Of a stretch of DNA of 64,000 nucleotides, positions 1 to 13,030 are shown piece after piece; the stretch's first letter is position 1; every line of letters starts with the position of its first letter. Source of the stretch: Octopus vulgaris (Eukaryota); the NCBI GenBank assembly GCA_951406725.2, contig OX597814.1, forward strand, positions 137,454,001 to 137,518,000, written 5' to 3'. The notes below the pieces were generated by a model. It was not told where the DNA came from. It did no database searches and was given only the letters and a program-made list of their open reading frames with translations. The translations under genes were made by a program, and so were the position numbers.

Positions 1-371
1 TGTCACCCATAATTATGACCCTAGTATCGATCTATTGCATTTCAATCTGTTTTAAGGTTAGGGATGGGGGAAGGGTATCTTTTTTTTTCTTCACAAATGT
101 AAATAAACCCAATCTGTTTTTTAAACGAGGTACATATTCGTACGGCACAGAATGTTTTTTTTTTTACCTCAATAGACGTCAGTGATTGGTTGAAATTGCA
201 GAACTTGAAGAAAAAGAACAACAAATATCTTACAAACTATAGAATTTTCTCAATAAAGCCAAGAGAAAAAAACATTTTTTTATAAACACATTCTACCAGT
301 ATACGAAGTTTAAAAGTGCTTAGTTACGTGGAAATTATTAAAAAAAACTGCCGTTCAAACCGAAAAGATCC
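1..371. mobile_element. MITE copy, left end outside the window
   Basis: Colinear with the complete copy at 56866-57276. Ends in terminal inverted repeat (TIR) aaaaactgccgttcaaaccgaaaagatcc. Confidence 0.75.
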
Positions 372-376
372 ACATA

Positions 377-540
377 TTGGGTTTATTTACATTTGTGAAG
401 AAAAAAAAAGATACCCTTCCCCCCACCCCTAACCCTAAAACAGATTGAAATGCAATAGATTGATACTGGGGTCATAATTATGGGTGACAATTTCATATGA
501 CACCGCTAGAAAAAAACTGCCGTTCAAACCGAAAAGATCT
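377..540. mobile_element. Partial inverted copy of the same MITE
   Basis: 377-488 is the reverse complement of about 1-113. Ends in the same TIR sequence at 511-539. Confidence 0.7.
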
Positions 541-1619
541 GGTCATTTGCTTAGTTTATATAGTCCCGACATACGATTAGAACAGAGTGGTGATATTTAG
601 TAGTTCCTCTTCGATTACTGTCGCAAACAGTAGTAGCTTTCTTCAACTGAATACACGTCGTTGATTGGTTGAGATTACCCAAATACAATTTTAACACGAA
701 ATAACTTCTAAAATACTAAATTTTGTCCAAAATGTTCGAAGTAAACCGTGTTCTGCGTGAGACATTCCACCAGTATACGAAGTTGCAAACTGTTTAGTTA
801 AAATTTTTTGTAATCTGTGAGCCAAACTGAACAGATCCGGTTGTGAACAGTTGTAAAAAAAAAAAAATATGTTTTGTCTCCATCAAAAATGCAGTTAAAA
901 TTCCTCAGCACCCCACCTGCCCTTTATCGAAATAGTGATACAACCAAATTCCCGGGGCACCTCTTCATAAGTTTCTGAAAAATACATAATTTTTAAATAA
1001 AATTTTCTGCTAATACGTTTCAGATAGTGTAGATATAACTATTGTGTTGGAATTTGATGTGAAAAATGCTTTGGTGCTGTGCCGAGGACATAGTTCACAC
1101 ACCTTATCAAAATGTAATGAGGAGGAAACAAATTCGAGACATGAATTATTCGACCTCCTTAATTTCATTTTTTCAGAAACTTAAGAGGGAACCAAGTCGA
1201 AGTCAGTGAATTCACCACCTAAACTTCTGAGTCACCCCTTCCAAAGAAAAAAACTGAATACATAAAATACCACATTTTGTCCAAAATGTTCAAAGTAAAC
1301 CGTGTTCTGCATGAGACATTCCACCAGTATACGAAGTTGCAAACCTATATTGGAATAGGTGGTATTCCAATATAATCGTAATCTACACCGTCTGAAAAGT
1401 ATATTTGTAGAAAGTTTCAGGAGGAGGCGGTGGTAGGGGGAGACACCTGTAGTTATACTATATAACTACAGTTTGGTGTCCCGTCTACGAACTTGTTTCC
1501 TCATAACTCTCAATAATACATATTTTTAAATGAAAATTTGTGGATACGCATTCTTATAGTACGATTATGCTTTTGATGAAATTTAAAAACAAAATTAGTT
1601 TTTTTTTTTAGAAAAGTTT

Positions 1620-1990
1620 GAGTGGCTGTGTGGTAAGTAGCTTGCTTACGAACCACATGGTTCCGGGTTCAGTCCCACTGCGTGGCAACTTGGGCAAGTG
1701 TCTTCTACGATAGCCTCGGGCCGACCAAAGCCTTGTGAGTGGATTTGGTAGACGGAAACTGAAAGAAGCCCGTCGTATATATGTATGTATATGTCTGTGT
1801 TTGTCCCCCCAACATCGCTTGACAACCGATGCTGGTGTGTTTACGTCCCCGTAACTTAGCTGTTCGGCAAAAGAGATCGATAGAATAAGTATTAGGCTTA
1901 CAAAGAATATGTCTTGGGGTCGATTTGCTAGGCTAAAGGCGGTGCTCCAGCATGGCCACGGTCAAATGACTGAAACAAGTAAAAGAGTAA
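1620..1990 (+). mobile_element. tRNA-derived CORE-type SINE (family A)
   Basis: A box tggctgtgtgg, B box ggttcagtccc, CORE-like ttgggcaagtg, internal (TA/TG)n tract, tail ...gactgaaacaagtaaaaga. Multiple copies in the window. Confidence 0.85.
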
Positions 1991-2844
1991 TGATCATTTT
2001 ACGCTAAATATATTTAAAAAGAAACGATGGCATGATGCTGATTGGTATTAATTCATTTATGCATTTGGCTTGCTAGATTCTTGATGTGAATTCGTGTGTT
2101 GAAACAAATTTTGTCTTCGGAGAGTCATTACACTAACACAAGGTGACGAGCGGAAAGATCATAAAAAAAATATTTTCCTCTCCACATAATCGTCTGTACA
2201 CCATCAAAAACGTATCTCGAAAATTTCTTGGGAAACAAAGTCGGGTGGAGCACTTTATTATTTTTTTTCCCCTTTCCTTTAAATAGCCCTACTAAAGTTT
2301 CAGCAATTTAATTAGATTACGAATCTGGAAAAAAAAAAAAAAAAATCCTTTTGCCCTCTTCTTTTCCGTAATTTTTCAGTCTTGATTTTGTTTTGAAAAA
2401 AAATTTCAGATTCATGATTTAAACATCTTAGATTATGATTCTTCAAAATTATGCGTTGCATAAGTACCCCCAAAATTTACACAGCTCCAAAGAAATTAAA
2501 TCCACACTCAAAATGCGAAAATTCAAATTATCGTAAGATGTCTTTGGACTAAATTTTTGACTTATTTTGTTCAAGTTTTCTTTGTACTTTACATATATGC
2601 ACTTATTTGAACAATTTAGAGTGAATGAATTTTTACCAAGTGTCCACCCAATCAGCCCACTGGGTTGGGCGCTATATCTATGCATTTCTCTCAACCAGCA
2701 AAAAAAAATTCGCCCTTGACACTATACGAAAATAGTCTTAAATGTTAAATAGATTATGAGCAGTTATTTCTTTGCTCAACTATTTCAGATTCCCAAACTT
2801 TTTTTCTTTGGATGATCTGAAAAATAATTGTTTCTGAATTAGTG

Positions 2845-3160
2845 AATTAGGTACAAGGCCAGTATATTTGAATGGAGGTGGGGTTAGTTAAAACTGACTG
2901 TTTCAAATACTTCACTAGTAAATTATTGTATTGAACCAGGGTGGATGAAAGGCAAAATTTACTTTCGAGGTATTTCAATTCGGAAAGTAAACAGCCACAA
3001 CACCGAACCGCATTTTTCTTACCCAGCGTTGAATCGATTCTGCCTATTATTTCGCTTCTTTAGAAATTGTTCTTTTTTACTCTCTGTACAAGGTCTGAAA
3101 TTTGGGGAAGGGGTTCAGTCGATTACACTGACCCCATTACTCAACTGATAGTTTATCAAT
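2845..3160 (-). mobile_element. SINE family B fragments (two)
   Basis: ggatgaaaggcaaaatttac core, plus a second 3' fragment acaaggtctgaaatttgggg...gaccccattactcaactg. Confidence 0.55.
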
Positions 3161-4014
3161 TTTAATAGATACAAATTTTTAAAAATAAAAAAATATATAT
3201 TAGGGGCAAGTAACTCGACACAACTTGATTTTTGGTGACGATTGCGTCTCTTCGAATTTGGCTCATTTGTAAGTTGTCGTCCGAAGAAGATAGACACTGT
3301 TCGCAAAGGTAACAAGCCAAATGTTTTTTATCCAATAAGCTCAGTTTTACAACTTTACTCGTTTTATATTACATGTACGAGTCAACGGAGCTTTTGGTTC
3401 AACATAGTTCTAAATTTAAGCATCTCTTTTGTCTAGTGTAATATGCCGATCATATTTTACATATGTTGTTTGCTCATTGACTAAAATATTTCGATTTTCA
3501 AAGGATTGACAGAAAAAAGAATATTAGGAACAAATAGTTTCTTGTTCTGTGTTTTAGCCATCAAACTGTCGGATCTAATCTTTAATCATTCATATAAATG
3601 TATATGGCTAAACGCAATCTTACGATAATAGTCTTTAGTTAATTAGGACACCTCACCTGATTATAAGTACATGTCATGTTAAACAATTAACGAAAGTTTC
3701 GAGGTGATTTTCACGAAAATTGTCGGATTTTCTCGCATAACATTTTAAGTATAGTTTTCATATTATTACTATTGAAGTTTTCGGCTTGATTTGATAACTT
3801 GTATATTTCCATGTATCTCTTAGCGAAGTGACCTGTTTGACTTTTAACGCAATGAAAACTTATGTGGGGCTTCCTAATACAATTTTTCAGAAATACTGTG
3901 TAGGTTACACTACATTTACCATTAAAAAAAATAAAATTTTTGTGATGAGTTTCGAATCATTCCTAGGTATACTTGTGCAAAAATGCACACCTGACTTTAT
4001 TTCCTTATAACTTA

Positions 4015-4140
4015 GTATGTATATATATATGTATGATTATATGTGTGCGTGTATGTATGTGTGTATGTTATGTGTATGTATATATGTGTGTGTATGTATA
4101 TATGTGTGGATGTTTATATGTATGTATATATGTATGTGTG

Positions 4141-4198
<58 letters not shown>

Positions 4199-4521
4199 AT
4201 GTATATATATATATGTATACATGTATGCATGTATGTATATGTGTATGTGTGTATATATATTTATGTATATATATATATGTATACATGTATGCATGTATGT
4301 ATATGTGTGTGTGTATATATTTATGTATATATATATATGTGTGTGTGTATATATATATGTGTATATATTTATGTATATATATATGTGTGTATGTATATAT
4401 GTATGCATGTATGTATATATGTATGTATATATTTATGTATATATGTATGTATATATTTATGTATATATTTATGTATATATGTATGTATATATTTATGTAT
4501 GTATGTATATATATATGTATG

Positions 4522-4552
<31 letters not shown>

Positions 4553-4863
4553 GTATGTATATATATATGTATGTATATATATATATGTATGTATATATAT
4601 ATGTATGTATATATGTATGTATATATATATGTATGTATATATATATATATGTATGTATGTATATATGTATGTATATATATATGTATATATGTATATATAT
4701 ATGTATATATATATGTATATATATATGTATATATATATGTATATATATATGTATATATGTATATATATATGTATATATGTATGTATATATATATGTATAT
4801 ATGTATGTTTATATATATATGTATGTATATATATATGTATATATGTATGTTTATATATATATG

Positions 4864-4956
<93 letters not shown>

Positions 4957-4999
4957 GTATATATATATATGTATATATATATGTATGTATATATATATG

Positions 5000-5054
<55 letters not shown>

Positions 5055-5307
5055 ATATATATGTATGTATATATATATATATGTATGTATATATATATGT
5101 ATGTATGTATATATATATGTATGTATATATATATATATGTATGTATATATATATATATGTATGTATATATATATGTATGTATATATATATGTATGTATAT
5201 ATATATATATGTATGTATGTATATATATATGTATGTATATATATATGTATGTATATATATATGTATGTATATATATATATATGTATGTATATATATATAT
5301 ATGTATG

Positions 5308-5339
<32 letters not shown>

Positions 5340-5775
5340 TGTATGTATATATATATATATGTATGTATATATATATATATGTATGTATATATATATATAT
5401 GTATGTATATATATATGTATGTATATATATATATATATTATGTATATATATATATATGTATGTATATATATATGTATGTATATATATATATGTATGTATA
5501 TATATATGTATGTATATATATATATATGTATGTATATATATATGTATGTATATATATATATATGTATGTATATATATATGTATGTATATATATATATATA
5601 TATGTATGTATATATGTATATATATATATATATATATATGTATGGATGTATATAAATATGGATGTTTGTATATATGGATTATGTATATATCTATATATAG
5701 ATGTATGGATATGTAGGTATATATATGTATGGATATGTAGGTATATATATATATATGGATATGTAGGTATATGTA
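4015..5775. repeat. Compound (TA)n/(TATG)n microsatellite
   Basis: Seen directly; ~1.75 kb. Confidence 0.97.
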
Positions 5776-6015
5776 GCACCAGGTGGTGCTATTAAGTTAG
5801 ACATGGCCTGGGCCAATAATGGCCGAAACCTATCAAAGTATATATGTGTATATAGATGTATGTATATGTGTGTATTTTTATATATATGTGTATGTATATG
5901 TATGTGTGTATATTTATATATATGTATGTATGTATATGAATTTGTGTATGTATATATGTATATATGTATCTATATATATATGTGTATATATATATATATG
6001 TATATATATATATGT

Positions 6016-6056
<41 letters not shown>

Positions 6057-6062
6057 TATGTA

Positions 6063-9000
6063 TAATCTGTCCAAAGACTTCTTGAACCCTATAGGGTCAG
6101 TTTCTGTTTTAATGTGTTTTGGTGTAATGTTAAAGAGAGCGGGGCCAATTGAGGTGAAATAATTGTGCCGTATTGTTGTTATGAGATGAGAGTGCGATTT
6201 TTGTTTTGGGCGGATGGCACGGGGTCCAAGCCTTGGATGTACCTTAAAGGTGATGCCAACATCATTTGGGCAATGCTGATGGAATATTTTCCACATCATG
6301 CAGATGATGTAGCGCTCACGACGACGTTGGAGAGAATAGAGTTTTAGCTTTTCTAGTCGACCCCAATAGTCGAGGCCTGTCATGCCATCTATCTTTTTTG
6401 TGATTGCCCTTTGAGGTGCTTCGACTTTTATGATACCTTGTATTGTGTGGGGAGACCACAGTGGACAACAGTATTCAAGGTGGGGTCGGGCAAAAGTGGA
6501 GAAGAGAAGGATAATGGTGTGGATATCTCTCGACTGGAAAGTTCTGAGAATCCAGGAACACATTCTGCGGGCCATGTCAACTTTGGTGTTTATATGAGTG
6601 GCCCAGCTTACGTTGTTGTCCACAATTACTCCCAAGTCTCTGATGTTGTTGGACGCCGTGAGAGTTTCACCTGAAGGAAGGGAGTATGGGAGTTTCAGGG
6701 CATCCTCTTTTCCAAAGTGGATTAGCTCAAATTTATCCTCGTTCAGCAGCATATTGTGTTTTTCTGCCCATTGGATAACAGCCAGTAGATCTGACTGAAG
6801 GCATGTCCGGTCACTCGCCTCATTTATGACCTTCTGTAGCTTGGAGTCATCTGCAAAGATTTTTATGTTGCTGTGCTTGATGATGTCATTAATGTCATTA
6901 ATGTAAATGATGAAAAGAAGTGGGCCCAGCACAGTGCCTTGCGGAACGCCACTACTGACTTTGGCTGGGCTTGATTTTACCCCTTCAACTACAACATGTT
7001 GAGATCTGTCTGTCAGGAAACACTTAATCCATTTCAGTAACTTTCCAGAGACACCAATGTTGGATAGTTTTTTCAATAGGATCTTGTGATCGACCCTGTC
7101 GAAGGCCTTACTGAAATCAAGGTAGATGACATCGGTGTTGGAGCCCTCTCCCAAAGCTCTCAAAATGTCCTCAAAGTGATGCAGGAGCTGCGTTAGGCAG
7201 TCCCTTCCATTACGGAACCCATGTTGGTTGGAGATCAGCCGTCTGTTGCTTTCCAGAAATTGGGTTATTTGAGATCTCACCACCCTCTCAAATACCTTGA
7301 TGATATGAGAGGTGAGTGAGATCGGACGGTAATTCACTGCAAGGGACTTGTTTCCCTTTTTGAAAACTGGGACAACAGACTGGGACAGAAGGTTTTTTGG
7401 AATATAGCCAGCATCCAGTGAGTTTCTCCACAGATTAGCAAGGGGAGATGCAAGTTGGTGTCGACACACCTTCAGGACACAAGCAGGGAACCTATCGGGG
7501 CCTACTGCTGAATTGTGTTTTATTTCGTTTATCGCCGCTAAGACATCAGGGGCACTAAACATTATGTCCGATATAGTGTGTTGGGGGTTGACATCACTGA
7601 TACAGCCCAGATCGGCCATATCAGGATTGCTGAAAACAGAGCAGTATTGTTTCTGCAGTATCTCGGCCATGGATTTGGCATTATCTTGGAGAGTGCCAGT
7701 TTCGTCAATTAGAGGGCCTACAGTGGAGACAGTGACCCTGCGTTTCCTCGCAAATGAAAAGAACACTTTGGGGTTGAGTTTGATTTTTTCAATGGCCCAC
7801 TTCTCCTCAGCTGATCTTTGGTTATTGATGAGGGACTTCATGCATTGTTGGAGGTTATATTTTTGGATTCAAGCAGTGCGATAGCCGTCGAATGTGTGTG
7901 TTGCTGTTGGCAGTACTTTAGTTTGTTAATTTTTTTGTTTGTTCTTTTTATTTTTCTGATAATGGTTTTTCTGTTTTGGGGGATTCTGCACTTTTTGTTC
8001 ACAGGTCTTGGTGGGGAGTGTTTTGCACATATGTCTGTGACGGTGTCTACAAAGATCTGCCAAGATGTTTTATGGTTGGTGGAGATGTGTGTATGTGTAA
8101 AGGACCAGTCAACATTTGATAGCTCGTTCCTGATTGCATCCCAGTTGGCTTTATGGAGATCCATGTTGTCAAATGGGTGGGCTGGAGGAAGGTCACTAGG
8201 ATTAGCTTTCGGCTGGTGGAATTTCATGTTACAGAGAACCATGTCATGGTCTGAAAGAAGGGTTTTTTCCACTGTAACGTTATGTATAGTGTTAGTGTGG
8301 TTACTAAACACTAGGTCCAAAATGTTCTGATGTCTTGTTGGTGCAAGGACAAGTTGGGACAAGAAAAACTCATTCGTAAAGTCGAAAAGTGACTCTGCTG
8401 CTTCTTTGTCAGCGGTTGAGGCGGGAGTGCTTGGTTTCAAACAGTTTGTAGTCCAGTCAACACAGGGTAGATTGAAGTCTCCCATCATGAGTATGTTGCT
8501 AGAATGGCACTGTTGAATAAAGCACTTAATGCTGTTGAGGCATTCTTTAAAGCACAGTATGGGTGTTTGGGGCGGCCTATAGAGTCCAATTACTGTCAGA
8601 TCATTGGCTTTGTTGTGCACGGTGACTGATTCACAGTAGCCGTTGGAGAATATACTATTTCCATCTGCCGTAAATGAATCATGCAGGAAAATGGCAGTTC
8701 CACCCTTCCTCCTGCCGATACGATCCGCGCGGATGGTTGTGAAATTCTTCACTCTCACTTCGGCTTCCAAGTGGGAGTTGTCAAGGTGGGTCTCAGTGAG
8801 AATGAAGAAAGGGATGTGGTGTGAATGGTTATCAACCCAGTCTTCAATGAATTGGACCTTCCATTTTTGTGCATTGATGGAAGGGCTGACACCTTGTGCA
8901 TTGAGTAGGAATGTGGAGGTTAGTGTAGTGGCTGGTTTTGACTGTTGCAGGGGGCTTGGATTTTTTGTGTGTGTTAGTGGCAGCAATGTGGGGAATTGGT

Positions 9001-9594
9001 GCACTGGGGTAATAGCATAGGATGGTGTTGAGTGATGGCTAGAATGTTTTTGTGTATCTCTTTTGCCATGTTCAACATGGCTAAAAAGAATTTTCCTGCT
9101 TAGGGAGCAGTTTTTGGCTGGAGGTGTGGTTGCACTGTTGGATAGGGTTGTAGTTTCCACTTTTGTTGTTGTTGTTTTTGTGTCTTCCTGAAAAGACTGG
9201 ACCAGCATTACTGCAGCATGGTGTGTTTCTATTTTTATTGTTATTCAGGTTTGTGTGTTGGCTTGAGGCCCCGTTTCTGTTTGTGCGTCGGGTCCCTGGA
9301 AGATGAGTGAAGGGACAGTCACTCAGTAGACATGTTCTCTCACGTTGGGAATACCGGCAGATTTTGGGACTCCGAGTTGTGTGTGTTTTGAATTTCGATT
9401 TACTATTTGGTGGTGTTGATGTTATTGTGGGATGCGTGCTTTGGCCTTGGCCAGTAGTGTGTCTAGTGCCGGGTAGATGCGTGAAGATGCAGTCACTATT
9501 TGTGCAGAGTCTCTGGCGCAGTGAATAGCGGCATATTTGGGGATTTCTTGTTTGTGCCGTGGGGCGCATTCTGCTTCCTATGTTTCTTTAAGTT
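6063..9594 (-). mobile_element. CR1-group LINE: ORF1 C-terminus plus APE-RT ORF2 with one frameshift; both ends truncated
   Basis: Endonuclease motifs LTETHL, YRPP, MGDFNLP, ILDLVF, SDHD (7838-9208). RT motifs NYRPISLTS, LDFSKAFDRVDH, SGVPQGTVLGP, FADD; C-terminal RPHLEYCCPLWSP, LYSLQRRRERY. Confidence 0.92.
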
Positions 9595-9638
9595 TATATA
9601 TATGTATGTATATATATATGTATATATATATATGTATG

Positions 9639-9671
<33 letters not shown>

Positions 9672-9718
9672 GTATATATATGTATGTATGTATGTATATA
9701 TATGTATGTATATGTATG

Positions 9719-9757
<39 letters not shown>

Positions 9758-9812
9758 GTATGTATATATATGTATGTATGTATGTATATATATGTATATA
9801 TATATATGTATG

Positions 9813-9845
<33 letters not shown>

Positions 9846-9856
9846 GTATATATATG

Positions 9857-9920
<64 letters not shown>

Positions 9921-10300
9921 TATGTATGTATATATATATATGTATATGTATATATATATATGTATGTATGTATATATATATATGTATGTATATATGTATA
10001 TATATATATATGTATGTATATATGTATATATATATATGTATGTATATATATATATGTATATGTATATATATATGTATATATATGTATATATATATATGTA
10101 TGTATGTATATATATATGTATGTATATATATATGTATGTATGTGTATATATATATGTATGTATGTGTATATATATATGTATGTATGTGTATATATATATG
10201 TATGTATATGTATGTATGTGTATATATATATATATATATGTATGTATATGTATGTATGTGTATATATATATATATATATGTATGTATATGTATGTATGTG

Positions 10301-10331
<31 letters not shown>

Positions 10332-10380
10332 ATGTATGTATGTGTATATATATATATATATATATGTATGTATATGTATG

Positions 10381-10419
<39 letters not shown>

Positions 10420-10742
10420 ATGTATGTATGTGTATATATATATATATATATATGTATGTATATGTATGTATGTGTATACATATATGTATGTATATGTATG
10501 TGTATATATATGTATGTATGTGTATACATATATGTATGTATATGTATGTGTATATATATATGTATGTATATGTATGTATGTGTATATATGTATGTGTATA
10601 TATATATGTATGTATGTATGTGTATATATATATGTATGTATGTGTATATATATATGTATGTATGTATGTGTATATATATATGTATGTATATGTATGTATG
10701 TATATATATGTGTATGTATGTATGTATATGTATGTATGTATG
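9595..10742. repeat. Compound (TA)n/(TATG)n microsatellite
   Basis: Seen directly. Confidence 0.97.
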
Positions 10743-11660
10743 TCTTCTCTCTATATATAAACGGCAGTTTGTCTGTCTGTGTGTCTGTCAGGTTGTACCC
10801 TCACCCTGACCACGGCTTTCAACCGATTCTGATGAAACTTGACACATACATAGCCCAATGTCATAATTCAAAACTAACGCAGCGAAAATTTTGAAAAGTT
10901 CCCCCAGTTCTGAAAAAAATCGATAAATTCGACATGGGGTCGAGAATCAGAAACACAAACCACAGACTGTCTAGGGGACGCAACTCGACCTTTTTAACTC
11001 AACTCCATCAATATCCAGCTACTTGAAGCTATTCCTGGTGATGACCACGTCTACAAATCTATTGATAGGACAGCAGACCCCGCCGAGCTTGCCGATTATC
11101 CTGTTGAATTCCTGAATTCACTTGAACCGCCAGTCCTGCCGCCACACATCCTGAAGTTAAAAGTCGGTGCGCCCATTATGCTCATCAGGAATTTGGTTCC
11201 ACCTAAACAGTGCAACGGCACACGTCTGGTTGTGAAACATTTGCCACCGCATTTAATGACGACCACAATACTTACCCGTTGTGGGAAGGGAGAGGACGTC
11301 TTCATTCCACGCATGCACCTTCAACCGTCGTGCGCTGACCTACCAATCCACTTCAGGCGTTCTCAGTTTCCTGTTAAACTCTGCTTCGCAATGTCCATCA
11401 ATAAATCCCAAGGCCAAATTCTACAAGTCGCTGGGTTACAGTTGGGCGAACAGTGCTTCGCCCACGGTCAACTCTACGTGGGCTGTTCACGCGTTTGGAG
11501 GCGCAATGATGTTTTCATGTTTTCGCCCAAAGGGACAGCTAGGAACATCGTATACACAGAAGTATTCGAGTGAAGAGAAGACATTGCAACCTACACATGC
11601 GCCTTCGTTCCCGAGAGGGAAAGGACTAGATTGGAATTAGTCGTTGCCTACTAGGGGCTC
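10743..11660 (+). mobile_element. Non-autonomous Helitron with PIF1 helicase C-terminal fragment; 3' end missing
   Basis: 5' tct...ctatatataaacggcag. Open frame 10998-11573: YPVEFLNSL, LKLKVGAPIMLIRNL, CNGTRL, QFPVKLCFAMSINKSQGQ, HGQLYVGCSRV. Confidence 0.88.
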
Positions 11661-11759
11661 TTACATACTGAATGAGCTATATATATGTATGTATGTATGT
11701 ATGTATATATATATATATATGTATGTATATATATATATATATGTATATATATGTATGTA

Positions 11760-12219
11760 TCCTTAAAAATGTTTTAGCCTGAAGGCCACGGCCAGGCTGG
11801 GGCACCACCGCTGAATGAGCTACACTAATATTTGAATACACCTCTGATACGTGGCACTTGGTCAACAAGGGAGTTCGATGCCGCTGCCCGCATCTGTGTC
11901 TCCTGTTGTGAGGTAGGTTCATGTGGGACCCCCAACAAGAAGAGATCCAGTTTTGTTTTAAAGAAACCCACATCCACACCATGCAAGTCTCTCAGGCATT
12001 TAGGGAGGATGTTAAAGAGCTGTGGTCCTCTGAAACCCAAGCTGTTGCAGTATCTGGTCCTGTATTTTGATGGTGATGTTGGAATCTTTGGCACCATGCA
12101 GTGGCGCCCCGTTCTGCGGTTGGGGTAACTTTGAATGCCAAAGTTTGGGACAAGACCCTCCAGGATTTTCCAGGTGTATATCACCGCATATCTCTCCCGC
12201 CTTCTCTCTAGGGAGAAGA
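11760..12219 (-). mobile_element. 3' end of a second CR1-group LINE, with 3' UTR
   Basis: [20 protein letters not shown]...GPQLFNILP...FKTKLDLFL; stop at 11825, short UTR running into microsatellite. Confidence 0.85.
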
Positions 12220-12714
12220 GGTGTATATATATATACACATGTATATACATACATATATATATATATACATATTTATATATATATATATATATATACACAT
12301 GTATATACATATATATATATACATATTTATATATATATATATATATACACATGTATATACATACATATATATATATATACATATTTATATATATATATAT
12401 ACACATGTATATACATACATATATATATATATACATATTTATATATATATATATATATACACGTATATATATACATATTTATATATATATATATACACAT
12501 GTATATACATACATATATATATACATATTTATATATATATATATATACACATGTATATACATACATATATATATACATATTTATATATATATATACACAT
12601 GTATATACATATATATATATATACATATTTATATATATATATACACATATATATACATATTTATATATATATATACACATGTATATACATACATATATAT
12701 ATACATACACATAT
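12220..12714. repeat. (TA/CA)n microsatellite with a ~50-60 bp higher-order unit
   Basis: Recurring acacatgtatatacat...acatattt blocks. Confidence 0.93.
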
Positions 12715-13030
12715 GATAAAAGGGAGTAGTAGGGAGTAGCAAATTAACAATAAATGAAGTAATTGGTATAGAGGTATAAGTTTCTATAAGAATAGAGCTA
12801 TGTTAGAATCATTTTTAAAAATAGAGTTTTACAAGGATCATTTTTTTAAAAAAACGTAATAGTGAAGGGGCATTAGAATTAGTAAAATACTGACAGCTTA
12901 AACTGGTGATATTAGGAAGATGTAAGATATCAAGAATGTATCAATAATATATTAAAATCTATCAAATATATTTGGAAATGTTCAAAAGATATCTGACGTG
13001 ATACATAATAATAATAAATAGGTTACAAAG

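Noticed and set aside
3973-5795. Long Y/I/M/C/V-rich ORFs (also 9500-10894 and 12067-12739)
   Set aside because: Translations of (TA/TG)n microsatellite, which lacks stop codons in all frames.
7818-8330. ORFs antisense to LINE, RTE and mariner coding regions
   Set aside because: Shadow frames with no recognisable motifs.
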